A DNA stretch of 64,000 nt, taken from positions 848,146 to 912,145 of the forward strand of contig OZ244226.1 of assembly GCA_965217035.1 (NCBI GenBank), written 5' to 3'. Positions 18,654-28,147 of this stretch are shown here, piece after piece. Positions within the stretch are counted from its first letter, which is position 1. Each line of letters starts with the position of its first letter. The DNA is from Bacteriovoracaceae bacterium. GTDB taxonomy: Bacteria; Bdellovibrionota; Bacteriovoracia; Bacteriovoracales; Bacteriovoracaceae. Made by a program: the position numbers and the translations under genes. The notes beneath the pieces are model-generated. The model saw only the letters and a list, made by a program, of their open reading frames with translations, had not been told where the DNA came from and did not search any database.

Positions 18654-19019
18654 TTAGTAAATTTGAACCTTTTGGATAGATGAACTCTTAATTTTTAGTG
18701 ATGAAAGCCTTATAGCGAATCCCGAAGAATCGCTCATGACAAGGCTTCTTGAAGATTTTCTTAAACAGAGTTTTAGATTTTTTCCAGCAATATAGGCTTG
18801 TTCAAAACTTTTTATTATTTCAGCTTCGTAAGTATTAGGAGTCAGATCAAATTTGATGACAGCCTTCTTTCCGTTTCTATCTTTCAATTGAAAGGCGATT
18901 AATCCTTTTGAAGTCTCTTTGCTGATTAATTTAGAGTTTACTCTCACGTTCTTAATACACTGAGCGGAATAGGCAGGTACTGCGATCATCATAAAAGCTA
19001 GAATTGAAATCGTTTTCAT
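18654..19019 (-). CDS. small secreted protein, unknown function
   Basis: 121 aa. GGAGG SD upstream of the ATG. Signal peptide MKTISILAFMMIAVPAYSA. Confidence 0.55.
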   Translation of the reverse strand: MKTISILAFMMIAVPAYSAQCIKNVRVNSKLISKETSKGLIAFQLKDRNGKKAVIKFDLTPNTYEAEIIKSFEQAYIAGKNLKLCLRKSSRSLVMSDSSGFAIRLSSLKIKSSSIQKVQIY

Positions 19020-19087
19020 CTGAGAGCCTCCAATCCAGGGTTATTTAATTAGGATAGAGGCCATCTATAATGAAAACAATAGACGAC

Positions 19088-19124
19088 AAAAAAGCGCCGC
19101 GACTTGATTCAGAAACTAAGCGGC
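19088..19124 (-). terminator. candidate rho-independent terminator of 19116..20063
   Basis: On the minus strand: GCCGC (19124-19120, overlapping the stop), a 19-nt loop, GCGGC (19100-19096), GC, then TTTTTT (19093-19088). The stem is short and the loop long, so the call is weak. Confidence 0.35.
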
Positions 19125-20063
19125 TTTAGAAAACTTCATCTTCTCATAAATATAGGAATCAAACTCTTCGGCTAATGAAGTTGGGGCCAAGATATCAAAC
19201 TGACAATTCTTCCATAAATTCTCTAGCCACTCATAAAGTTTTTCCCCAGGCTCAACATAAGCAGACCAAATATAATCGCCTCTTGAAGAGCGAAGTAAAC
19301 TAGAGTTTCTAAAAAAATGGTAATTAGGATTTAAATTGATATGCTCACTTGGTTGAAAAATTTTTAAAACGAGATGCTCTTCTGTATCAGAGAATTGCCT
19401 TAAACTTGAAAGAAAACTCGCAATTTCAGAAACACCGTGGTGAGGTTTCACTGGTTCATCCGCAACTTTTACCGAAGCAATTCTTTTTAAAGGAATTGTA
19501 AAAAGAGTTTTATCCATACCGTCTTCAGTAATTAGATTTAATTCATTATCAAGATAAGAAAGCCTATAAGGAAAACAGAAGAAATTTCTATCTCCTCCGC
19601 GAAGTTTTATCCGTAAAGCGGACTTTTCTAAGATTGCCTTCTCTAATATTTTAACTGATTCATCTGATCGCTCTTGAAAAGATTTTTCAAATGTATTGAA
19701 AGCTTCAAAAAAATCATGAGATTTTAGTTTTCTCTCCTGTCCCGCTAAGAATCTTCTAAGAAACTTATGATAGGGAGCTGAATTATGTTCTGAGAGAAAT
19801 GGGAAGTGGGCCTGAAAAGCAATCCAATCCATCAAACTAAGACTCCAATTAAATTTAGAAATCCCTTTTACTTTCACCTTCTCTCCAGAATGAGTAACCT
19901 CTAATCCAAGATTTTTCAAAAATGAGGAAAGGGCCATAATTTCATCTCGACTGAGTTGTAAGTCTTCTTCTAACTCACTGAAACTATAGGTCTTGTCCCT
20001 AGACAAGAGCGATTCTAAAACATTCCAAAAGGCTTGATCATTTAACAAATCCGAGCGGTTCAT
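19116..20063 (-). CDS. putative HTH plus WYL-like domain regulator
   Basis: 315 aa. The N-terminus WNVLESLLSRDKTYSFSELEEDLQLSRDEIMALSSFLKNLGLEV looks like a winged HTH. The central FCFPYRLSYLDNELNLITEDGMDKTLFTIPLKRIASVKV fits the WYL-domain pattern (P..L.......L........FxLxRI). Motif-level only. Confidence 0.4.
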   Translation of the reverse strand: MNRSDLLNDQAFWNVLESLLSRDKTYSFSELEEDLQLSRDEIMALSSFLKNLGLEVTHSGEKVKVKGISKFNWSLSLMDWIAFQAHFPFLSEHNSAPYHKFLRRFLAGQERKLKSHDFFEAFNTFEKSFQERSDESVKILEKAILEKSALRIKLRGGDRNFFCFPYRLSYLDNELNLITEDGMDKTLFTIPLKRIASVKVADEPVKPHHGVSEIASFLSSLRQFSDTEEHLVLKIFQPSEHINLNPNYHFFRNSSLLRSSRGDYIWSAYVEPGEKLYEWLENLWKNCQFDILAPTSLAEEFDSYIYEKMKFSKAA

Positions 20064-20145
20064 TCAGCAATTTCTCCTTTTTGTACCCGATTAAACTTGT
20101 CGGCTATTCTCTAAAAAACTTTAATTCCCAACGAAATCCCGTAGA

Positions 20146-20661
20146 ATGAATCTTATGTTTATTAAAGGAGCCTTTAAAAGCCCCCTATTAACCATAGGGA
20201 TCATCATGATGACGATTTTCGTCTTCCAGCTTAGAGAGCAGGGTTTTTTTGGAAAGTCTAGATTTCGTACTACATCCTGCACTGGAACGATCGCTATTCT
20301 AAAGAAATACCAGAAAGATTATTGGGATCTCGATTGTGATGAAAATACAATGATCCTCAGTATCAACTATCTCCGTTCTGAATACTTGGGTCAATTGGAC
20401 CAAATGAAAGCTAAGGATACGGTTCGCTCTTTTCTTTATAAAGATCTTGCGAATACTTTGACGACGATTGCTGTTCGCTCACCTAATGAGCTCTTAGAAC
20501 GAGTTGATATTATCCGTCTTCAACTTAAACTTCCACAACTTACGGTCAATGTTATTACCGAAGGAAAAGATATCGCTCCTCTTTATCAAATGCGAGATAC
20601 AAAAAATATCGCCAATCTTCTTAAAGAGACTGTCCAGGTTCAAGAATTGTGGAACGAATAA
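20146..20661 (+). CDS. membrane-anchored protein, unknown function
   Basis: 171 aa. ATG start. Single N-terminal hydrophobic helix SPLLTIGIIMMTIFVF. Confidence 0.5.
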   Translation: MNLMFIKGAFKSPLLTIGIIMMTIFVFQLREQGFFGKSRFRTTSCTGTIAILKKYQKDYWDLDCDENTMILSINYLRSEYLGQLDQMKAKDTVRSFLYKDLANTLTTIAVRSPNELLERVDIIRLQLKLPQLTVNVITEGKDIAPLYQMRDTKNIANLLKETVQVQELWNE

Positions 20662-21728
20662 TTGGTCTTCTTCTCACCTTTGGTCTTCCCTATCTTTATC
20701 TAAAAAAAGAAGAAAAAAATAAATTTATAAATCTCTTCGGCAGTGTTGCCCTTTGCTATCTCTCTGGTGTTCTTATGAGTTTTTTCTTTTCTCCTTATAT
20801 CGGGAAAGGAATTATCCAATCGACCACTGAAGCGACGCTTGTTCTTTCAATTCCGTTATTGCTCTTGAATACAGATCTTAAACATCTCTGGAAGATTACT
20901 CCTAAAATGGTGATTGCTTTTATCATTGCGATGGTCACTGTTATAATCTCAGTCTTTACTATTTCAGCTCTTTTCAAAGGGAAGATTGAAAATCTCTCGA
21001 TGCTGGCCGCTTCTGTCGCTGCTCTTTTTACAGGTGGAACTGTCAATTTAAGCTCTATCTATATGGCACTCGATATTGATCAGAATATGTATATCACAAT
21101 AGCAGCAAGTGATTTTTTAACAGGTGCAATCTATTTCCTTATCACATTAAAGATTTGTTCTTACCTAAAAACCAAGACGACACAAACCCAATCAGTGGTA
21201 TCGGATTATATTCTCTTCAGTAAAAAATCAGGTTTCTATCTTTTTTATACGGTTTTAATCAATATCATTATTGTCGGAGCATCGATGCTCTTATTCGGTA
21301 AGCTAAATGCGACTTTTATCATTTGCGGCCTTACGACTTTCGGAGTCCTCGCAACTCAAAAGCTAAAACTCACTGAAAAGAAAAAAGGTGAGAACCTTGG
21401 AGAATACTTTCTTATGGTTTTTTGCTTGGCCGTAGGACTCCAGGTGGATTTGAACCAATTTAACAGTGAGTCGCTTGTTATCATCTATTTCTTCTTAAGT
21501 GTGATGGGTCTTCATGCCCTCCTCTTCTTTCCCATTGCCAAGCTTACAAAACTTCCAATGGATCAATCCTTTATCGCTCATATTGCAGCCATCTTTGGAC
21601 CTCCGTTTGTTGTTATCATTTCTAAGAATATGAGACGTGAAGATCTGATGGCACCAGGCATCGCAGTGGGAAGCTTGGGAATTGCGGTTGGTACCTTTAT
21701 CGGGCTTATGATATTTAAGCTGGTATGA
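20649..21728 (+). CDS. polytopic integral membrane protein (possibly DUF819-like)
   Basis: 359 aa. GTG start overlapping the previous gene by 13 nt. About 10 hydrophobic helices throughout. The family assignment is only an impression. Confidence 0.45.
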   Translation: MERIIGLLLTFGLPYLYLKKEEKNKFINLFGSVALCYLSGVLMSFFFSPYIGKGIIQSTTEATLVLSIPLLLLNTDLKHLWKITPKMVIAFIIAMVTVIISVFTISALFKGKIENLSMLAASVAALFTGGTVNLSSIYMALDIDQNMYITIAASDFLTGAIYFLITLKICSYLKTKTTQTQSVVSDYILFSKKSGFYLFYTVLINIIIVGASMLLFGKLNATFIICGLTTFGVLATQKLKLTEKKKGENLGEYFLMVFCLAVGLQVDLNQFNSESLVIIYFFLSVMGLHALLFFPIAKLTKLPMDQSFIAHIAAIFGPPFVVIISKNMRREDLMAPGIAVGSLGIAVGTFIGLMIFKLV

Positions 21729-22276
21729 TTCCTCAATTAGAAACAGAACGACTTATATTAAGAGATATCAAAAAAGAAGACCTTCCGATTTGGCAAAAGT
21801 ATTTCAACAACTGGGAAGTTATCAGACATTTAAGTGCTCATGTTCCCTGGCCTTATCCCGATGATGGAGTAGAGTTTTTTTATAATAGCTCTATTCTTCC
21901 CAATCAAGGAAAAACTCAATATCACTGGACTATCACTTTAAAAAATAATCCTGATGAACTTATTGGATCCGTCACTCTGTACTTTGAAGATTCTATTCAA
22001 GAAAATAGAGGTTTCTGGTTAGCTCAACCATTTTGGGGAAAGGGAATAATGACCGAAGCTTGTGAAGCTGTAAATCGTTTTGCCTTTGAAGATTTAAAAC
22101 AAGAAAAACTAATCTTTTGCAATGCTGTTGGAAACAATCGCTCTCGTCGAGTAAAAGAAAAAACAGGGGCTAGATTTTTAAGAATAGAACCCTATACTTT
22201 TGTCGATCCAAATCTGACGGAACACGAACTCTGGGAACTCACCAAAGAAGATTGGCTTAAAATGCAAAATAATTAA
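21725..22276 (+). CDS. GNAT family N-acetyltransferase (RimJ/RimL-like)
   Basis: 183 aa. LETERLILRDIKKEDL is the typical opening of Acetyltransf_3/RimJ-like proteins. WGKGIMTEA is the acetyl-CoA loop. ATGA overlap with the upstream gene. Confidence 0.8.
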   Translation: MIPQLETERLILRDIKKEDLPIWQKYFNNWEVIRHLSAHVPWPYPDDGVEFFYNSSILPNQGKTQYHWTITLKNNPDELIGSVTLYFEDSIQENRGFWLAQPFWGKGIMTEACEAVNRFAFEDLKQEKLIFCNAVGNNRSRRVKEKTGARFLRIEPYTFVDPNLTEHELWELTKEDWLKMQNN

Positions 22277-22431
22277 TTTCTAGCTCACTCTATTTTTATG
22301 CTTCTTTTTTTTAGCACCTTTACCAGTGGCTACCTTACAAACACCTGACAATCATCTGACCATCCCTTCATTGGCTTTTGCCCAGACCCTAGTAAACTGA
22401 TCACAAGACAAATCCATAGGAGATGGTTTCA

Positions 22432-23121
22432 ATGAAAAAAATGAATTTGCTTTTGTGTGTCCTTGCTGCCAACACAATCATCATGCTGAGCGTTTTCTCT
22501 AATCCTGCGGTGAAGAAAACGTGCAGTGACATTGCTTCTTGCTTAGAACTCTCATCCCGAATCACCGGCACCAAGTATATCTACGGCAAGGACATTAAAG
22601 GCAAAATTAATTTTTCAAAAAACTTTGTCATTAATAAGACAAACGTTGATCGAACCATCTCCCAGGTTTTGTACACGAATGGCTACACTCGCATTCCTTC
22701 AGGAGAAAATACTTTTCAAATTATTAGTGCTCGCGATATTCGCTATACTCCGGTTCCAACTTTTGAAATATTTAAAGATAAAATTCCAGAAAATCATGAC
22801 TACTTCATGGCAAACTATAAATTAAAAAACCCTTATATTGTTAATGAAATCGTCCGCAATTTCCGACCATTTATGTCCAGATATGGAAGAATACTCGATG
22901 TGAAAAAGCCTGGCATGATTATCATCACTGACACAGGAAAAAATATTAATCGCTTAGCCAAACTTATTACTTTCCTAGACAAAGACCTCAACGATGATGA
23001 AAAAGAGCAATATGAAGAGCGGAATGAAAAACGACGAAAGCTCGAGCTTGTTAAAACTAAAAACTGTTCTCATTTAGAAGCGAAAATCGACAAACTAGAA
23101 ATGTTGATAAGTAAGAAATAA
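22432..23121 (+). CDS. secreted protein with secretin N-domain (GspD/PilQ N0-N1-like) and coiled-coil tail; no secretin pore domain
   Basis: SQVLYTNGYTRIPSGENTFQIISARDI and PGMIIITDTGKNINRLAKLITFLD match the repeated N-domain signatures of secretins. The ATG at 22432 has AGGAG 9 nt upstream; the track start at 22423 abuts the SD. Signal peptide MKKMNLLLCVLAANTIIMLSVFS. Confidence 0.5.
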   Translation: MKKMNLLLCVLAANTIIMLSVFSNPAVKKTCSDIASCLELSSRITGTKYIYGKDIKGKINFSKNFVINKTNVDRTISQVLYTNGYTRIPSGENTFQIISARDIRYTPVPTFEIFKDKIPENHDYFMANYKLKNPYIVNEIVRNFRPFMSRYGRILDVKKPGMIIITDTGKNINRLAKLITFLDKDLNDDEKEQYEERNEKRRKLELVKTKNCSHLEAKIDKLEMLISKK

Positions 23122-23215
23122 CTTGCACAGCGCGATAAACATCCTTTCTTCTGCTTTCCACTAAAGCCCGGTTCTTTTATCATAGATGATATCAAATCAT
23201 ATACAAGGACAATCC

Positions 23216-24652
23216 ATGGATCTCTTATTCCCTGAAAAAAAATCAACCAAAGATGACATTCTCGGGAAATTAAAAACAATGAAAGAAAAAGATGTGAAGT
23301 GGGAAAATGCTCGCGCCTTTTCATTAGTCTATGGGGCAGACCAAGACGTCTATGAGGTCCTGAAAGAGTCTCATAATATGTTCATCTCAACTAATGCCTT
23401 AAACCCAACGGCCTTCCCTTCTTTAAAAACAATGGAGAATGAAGTTGTTAGCATGATGAAATCTTTACTTGGTAACGAAGAATGTGCAGGCTCTATGACT
23501 TCAGGTGGAACTGAAAGTATTTTAATGGCCGTTAAGACAGCACGAGAATGGGCAAGAAAAAACAAACCTAAGATAAAAAACCCTGAACTCATTGCTCCTG
23601 CAAGTGTTCACCCCGCTTTCAATAAAGCCTGTCATTATTTTGGAATAAAATTAGTGATCACCCCAGTTGATCCTAAAACTTATGAAGCTGATGTTGAAGC
23701 CATGAAAAAAGCCATCAACAAAAATACAATTATGTTAGTAGGTTCTTCTCCGCAATACCCTCAAGGCGTTATTGACCCAATCGAAAAGATAGGAGCACTC
23801 GCTTTAGAGAATAATATCTTATGCCATTCTGACTCTTGTATTGGTGGAGTTGTTCTTGGTTTTTGGAGAAGAATGGGATTTGATATTCCCGCTTTTGATC
23901 TCAATGTTCCAGGTGTCACTTCTCTTTCTGTTGATCTTCACAAATATGGTTATACAGCAAAGGGAGCATCAGTTGTTCTGTATAAATCCCGAGAACTCAG
24001 GAAGCATCAATTCTATTGCACAACAGGTTGGACTGGAGGAATTTATATTTCACCAACAGCTCTTGGAACCAGAGGTGGTGGTTCGATCGCATCGGCTTGG
24101 GCCGTTATGAACTATCTTGGAGTCGAAGGTTATAAAGAGATTTTTCAATCCATTTATGAAACAAGAAATAAACTCGTTGAACAGATTAAAGAAGTCGAAG
24201 GATTGTTTATTCTTGGCGAACCCAATTCAAGCTGTATCTCTTTTAGTGCAAAAGATTGCGATATCTATGTTCTTGCTGATTATATGAATGAAAAGGGTTG
24301 GGTTATGGATAAAAATACTTTCCCTCCGAGTCTTCACATGTCGATCATGAAAGCTCATGCCAACGTGATTGAGGACTTCATCACAGACCTTAAAGAATGC
24401 CATGAAAAAGCTAAACTTGAATATAAACCTAGCTCTAAGTTCAAGGCTGGCTTCATGAATACGATGATTAGAGTTATGCCTAAAGGACTCATCAAAAAAT
24501 TAGCTGGAGAACAAGTTGCAGAAGTTGGGAATGAGGATACGCCTGGAGCAACTAAGACGGCCGGTATTTATGGTATGGTTGGAAGTCTTGAAGCTAAAGG
24601 GGCTCTTCAAGATGTTGCGATCGAACTTTTAGATAATTTATATAATAATTAG
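23216..24652 (+). CDS. PLP-dependent group II decarboxylase-fold enzyme, sphingosine-1-phosphate lyase-like
   Basis: The length and layout match SPL/GadA-type enzymes. GSMTSGGTESILMAV is present, and the PLP-lysine motif SVDLHKYGYTAKGASVVLY is close to the S.D.HKYG motif of S1P lyases. The ATG at 23216 has AAGGA 7 nt upstream; the track start at 23186 is also ATG. Confidence 0.7.
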   Translation: MDLLFPEKKSTKDDILGKLKTMKEKDVKWENARAFSLVYGADQDVYEVLKESHNMFISTNALNPTAFPSLKTMENEVVSMMKSLLGNEECAGSMTSGGTESILMAVKTAREWARKNKPKIKNPELIAPASVHPAFNKACHYFGIKLVITPVDPKTYEADVEAMKKAINKNTIMLVGSSPQYPQGVIDPIEKIGALALENNILCHSDSCIGGVVLGFWRRMGFDIPAFDLNVPGVTSLSVDLHKYGYTAKGASVVLYKSRELRKHQFYCTTGWTGGIYISPTALGTRGGGSIASAWAVMNYLGVEGYKEIFQSIYETRNKLVEQIKEVEGLFILGEPNSSCISFSAKDCDIYVLADYMNEKGWVMDKNTFPPSLHMSIMKAHANVIEDFITDLKECHEKAKLEYKPSSKFKAGFMNTMIRVMPKGLIKKLAGEQVAEVGNEDTPGATKTAGIYGMVGSLEAKGALQDVAIELLDNLYNN

Positions 24653-24660
24653 GATTCTTG

Positions 24661-26031
24661 ATGGAAATTACGAATGCTGCTGAAAAACAAAGAGAATACT
24701 TTTTTAAACAAAAAACCTACCCTTACGAAGTTAGAAAAGCCAACTTAAAAAAACTCTATAATCTTTTAAAAGAGAATGAATCACGTTTTGCTGAGGCCAT
24801 GCAAAAAGATCTCTGGAAAAGTCCTAGCCAATCTTACGGAAGTGAGATGGGAATCGTTTACAAAGAATTAAGAAAGGCACAAAGAAAACTCTGGTCTTGG
24901 ATGAAACCAAAAAGAGTTTGGGACACACTTGCAAATTTTCCAAGCTCGAATTTTATCTACCCAAGTCCCTACGGTTCAGCTTTAATCATTGCTCCTTGGA
25001 ACTATCCTTATCTCCTTTGCTTTGATCCTTTAATTGGAGCTATAGCAGGAGGAAATTGTGCGATCTTAAAACCCTCGGAACTTACTCCTAATGTTTCTGC
25101 TGTTATTGAAGATATTATTAACAGTAATTTTGATCCTGAGTTTCTTCACGTTTATACCGGAGGAGTTGATATCAGCCAGAAGCTTCTCGCTCAAAACTTT
25201 GACAATATCTTCTTCACAGGAAGTACACCAGTGGGAAAAATCATCATGGAGGCTGCTTCTAAACACCTCACACCCGTAACCCTTGAACTTGGAGGAAAAA
25301 GTCCCTGTTTAATTGATAGAACAGCGGATCTAGATGTTACAGTAAGAAGGATTGTTTGGGGAAAGTTTATGAACTGCGGGCAAACCTGCGTTGCACCCGA
25401 TTATCTCTTAGTCGATGAAACGATTCAAAATCAGGTTTATCAAAAAATTCAAGAAGTTTTAAAAAGTTTCTACGGCTCCAATATTGAACAATCAGAAGAC
25501 TATGGTCGAATTGTGAGCGAAAAGCACTTTGACCGTCTAGTGAAACTTGCTGAAGACTCCGGTTACTCAAAAGAAAATATGAAGATAAATCGTGAAGAGA
25601 GATTTCTTGCTCCGATCATCATTTCAGATTGTACTTGGAATTCACCAATCATGCAGGATGAAATTTTTGGACCTGTACTCCCTATGATTCCAGTAAAAAG
25701 CATTAAGGATTCTTTAGAGCAATTAAAAAAACTCCCACCTCCTCTGGCATTCTATTATTTTGGGAAAGATAAAGAACTTGAGAAAAGGATCTTAGAGGAG
25801 ATGAGATTTGGAGGTGGCTGTATCAATGATACAATCATGCACCTTGCGAACTCCAATTTATCCTTTGGAGGAGTTAAAGACAGTGGAATTGGTCGTTACC
25901 ATGGCCGAAAATCTTTCGAAGCTTTTAGCTATGAAAAATGTATTGTAAAAAAAGAATTCTGGCCTGATTTACCCCTGAGGTATCCTCCGCTCAAAGATCG
26001 AATTAAATATATTCGAAAAGTGTTTGGTTAA
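24661..26031 (+). CDS. aldehyde dehydrogenase, class 3 (fatty-aldehyde dehydrogenase-like)
   Basis: ~456 aa. The short N-terminus is typical of ALDH3. Catalytic Glu motif LELGGKSP, catalytic Cys motif NCGQTCVAPDY, and EIFGPVLP are present. The track start at 24658 is TTG; the ATG is at 24661. Confidence 0.85.
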   Translation: MEITNAAEKQREYFFKQKTYPYEVRKANLKKLYNLLKENESRFAEAMQKDLWKSPSQSYGSEMGIVYKELRKAQRKLWSWMKPKRVWDTLANFPSSNFIYPSPYGSALIIAPWNYPYLLCFDPLIGAIAGGNCAILKPSELTPNVSAVIEDIINSNFDPEFLHVYTGGVDISQKLLAQNFDNIFFTGSTPVGKIIMEAASKHLTPVTLELGGKSPCLIDRTADLDVTVRRIVWGKFMNCGQTCVAPDYLLVDETIQNQVYQKIQEVLKSFYGSNIEQSEDYGRIVSEKHFDRLVKLAEDSGYSKENMKINREERFLAPIIISDCTWNSPIMQDEIFGPVLPMIPVKSIKDSLEQLKKLPPPLAFYYFGKDKELEKRILEEMRFGGGCINDTIMHLANSNLSFGGVKDSGIGRYHGRKSFEAFSYEKCIVKKEFWPDLPLRYPPLKDRIKYIRKVFG

Positions 26032-26356
26032 AACTGTTTCAAGCTTTGCAAATGTTGGCGAACTTGATTCTGTTGAATTTCTTTATGCTAAACGACAAGG
26101 CCTAGGTCAAACAATTGGAGAAGTTGTTGTTTGTGGATCAGGGAAGGTAATGCTTGATAATCAAAGCTTTACAGCTCCGGATGTAAGTCTTCACCCTTTC
26201 AGTCTTTCTACCGAAGATTATATTGCTCAAGATTTAACAGAAATGGTTAAAGCGGATCAAGGCATCGTGGTTTGTGGAAAAGGTTATTACCGAAAACGAG
26301 TAGGAATCACTGAAACTCTTCGCATTCACCTTATAGATATCTACGAGCAAAAATAA
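26024..26356 (+). CDS. hypothetical protein
   Basis: 110-aa ORF with a TTG start overlapping the ALDH stop by 8 nt. No recognisable motif. Followed by a terminator. Confidence 0.35.
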   Translation: MVKTVSSFANVGELDSVEFLYAKRQGLGQTIGEVVVCGSGKVMLDNQSFTAPDVSLHPFSLSTEDYIAQDLTEMVKADQGIVVCGKGYYRKRVGITETLRIHLIDIYEQK

Positions 26357-26375
26357 GCTTACTAAAAATTCAAGC

Positions 26376-26408
26376 AAAAAAAGCCGAGGCATAGATCTCG
26401 GTTTTTTT
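26376..26408. terminator. bidirectional rho-independent terminator between convergent genes
   Basis: A7 (26376-26382), GCCGAGG stem (26383-26389), 6-nt loop, TCTCGGT (26396-26402), T-run to 26408. The stem has 5 Watson-Crick pairs plus G-U wobbles. The A-run and T-run allow function on both strands. Confidence 0.55.
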
Positions 26409-26426
26409 ATTCAATTTTCAATTTTA

Positions 26427-26630
26427 TTAGAACTTTAAATAAAGATTTTCAAAAGCGTTATGCACTAATGTTTTTTCTTGAACACCATAAACTGTACTAC
26501 TTTCGAATTGTTCATTTTTTCCAGTCTCAAGGAAAGTAATTTGAGCCTTATGAGCTTCTTCTATACTAACTTCTAAAGACTTTTTTCTTAAACTCACTAT
26601 GAATTCATTTGAGACTATTTGTAGACCCAT
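26427..26630 (-). CDS. small hypothetical protein (67 aa)
   Basis: ATG at 26630 preceded by GGAG with 7-nt spacing. No motif recognised. Confidence 0.35.
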   Translation of the reverse strand: MGLQIVSNEFIVSLRKKSLEVSIEEAHKAQITFLETGKNEQFESSTVYGVQEKTLVHNAFENLYLKF

Positions 26631-26731
26631 GTGATTGCTCCAATCAATATCTAATGTAAGACTAAACTAACTAAAGTGGAGCCATCTTGCAACCAAACAA
26701 CAGTCAATATAAAGAATATAGTCAAAACGCG

Positions 26732-28147
26732 TTATTGGAGTGAACGTGCTCTATAACAACTGAAAACCTTGTTAAATACCTGATCGTATCCTGAAGTGAA
26801 AAAACCTTTATCTATTCTCTGAGAGCTAATAACGGATTTCATCGTATTGTTATAATCATTCCAAAGCACCCCATTTTCATTATGAGGTTCTATCTCATAA
26901 GAACCTCCTCTTTGAAAATAGGTCAACACCAAGCCACAGTTTAAGTAATTGATCCATGCATTTTCTGCTTCACCGACTTGTTGTGTATGCTCCAGACCTA
27001 GTAAATGACCAATTTCATGAGTGTAGATAGTTCCATTCTCTTCGTAAGTATTCCCTCTCTTAAGACCTCTATATTCAGAGACGACTGTCGCCTGACTTGA
27101 AAATGGGAGACGATTGACTCTTGCAATTCCTGCAACCGGGCCAAGAATAGAGTTTACAAAAACAAGCGTCACAGCTCCTTTCTGGTTATAACGAGAAATG
27201 AGTTTATCGTAATCAATACAGTTAGATGAAGTAGGGTCACACATTGTATACAATTCATTATCTTCAATTTCTTCGACAGTAAGTTTATAAAAACCATTAA
27301 AGCTTTGATCTCCTATCTTTAACTTGGAGTTCAAAACTCGAAGGGCCTCATCAGCATCTGCTTCGATATCACTAGAAAGACTCACATCAGTACTTTTTAG
27401 AAAAACTAACTTCAATGGAATTAGCCCTTCCGAAGACTCTTGGAGTGCTGTAACACTATTAAAAAGCGTTACGATCCCACTTGCTGTTAATCCCGTAGAG
27501 TCTGAAATGAGATAATTAAAATCAATACTACTATTAACCGGGAGATCAAAGCTCTGGTCCGGAGTAAAGACTATCTTTGAATTCTCAATTGTAATACTCG
27601 CATCATCAACCGAATCAACAGAAACAATCGTCAATAAATCTCCATCAACATCAATATCATTGGCCAGAACATCAATTGTTATTGAAGATTGCCCCTCATA
27701 GCGGACATGATCGATAAAAGTCGTGGGAGCATCATATTTTCCATAAACATTAAAGTTAACGTCTCCAACAAGCAAAGCATTCGATGTTTTATCTTTCAGA
27801 TAAATATTAACAGTCTCTTTTCCAACAAAATGAGGAAAAGGTTCAATATTTAAAGTTTGATTCCCATCTGAAAGAGAAGTTTCAAATTCCTTAGAATATA
27901 CTGAGGTAACTTCATATCTTTGAAAAAATGAACTGATTCCGAATACCTCTCCTATATTATAACTATGCTGGGAATCTTCTTGGATAGGAATTCCGTCACC
28001 ATTCGATAACCCCGGATTCAATCCGTTAATCCCTCCATCATCAGAGACTTTAAAACTACAAGAGGCAAACATGATAAATAGGAATATTAACAATAGTTTT
28101 TTCAATTTCGATTCTTCTCGATTTCTATCATAACGGCTCATAAACAT
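26732..28147 (-). CDS. secreted metzincin-type zinc metalloprotease lipoprotein with cadherin/VCBS-like domain
   Basis: HEIGHLLGLEH is the HExxHxxGxxH metzincin signature. VLANDIDVDGDLLTIVSVD is a cadherin/VCBS-like repeat signature. Lipobox LFIMFASC. The track start at 28219 is TTG; the ATG at 28147 (MFMSRYDRNREESKLKKLLLIFLFIMFASC) is preferred. Confidence 0.7.
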   Translation of the reverse strand: MFMSRYDRNREESKLKKLLLIFLFIMFASCSFKVSDDGGINGLNPGLSNGDGIPIQEDSQHSYNIGEVFGISSFFQRYEVTSVYSKEFETSLSDGNQTLNIEPFPHFVGKETVNIYLKDKTSNALLVGDVNFNVYGKYDAPTTFIDHVRYEGQSSITIDVLANDIDVDGDLLTIVSVDSVDDASITIENSKIVFTPDQSFDLPVNSSIDFNYLISDSTGLTASGIVTLFNSVTALQESSEGLIPLKLVFLKSTDVSLSSDIEADADEALRVLNSKLKIGDQSFNGFYKLTVEEIEDNELYTMCDPTSSNCIDYDKLISRYNQKGAVTLVFVNSILGPVAGIARVNRLPFSSQATVVSEYRGLKRGNTYEENGTIYTHEIGHLLGLEHTQQVGEAENAWINYLNCGLVLTYFQRGGSYEIEPHNENGVLWNDYNNTMKSVISSQRIDKGFFTSGYDQVFNKVFSCYRARSLQ

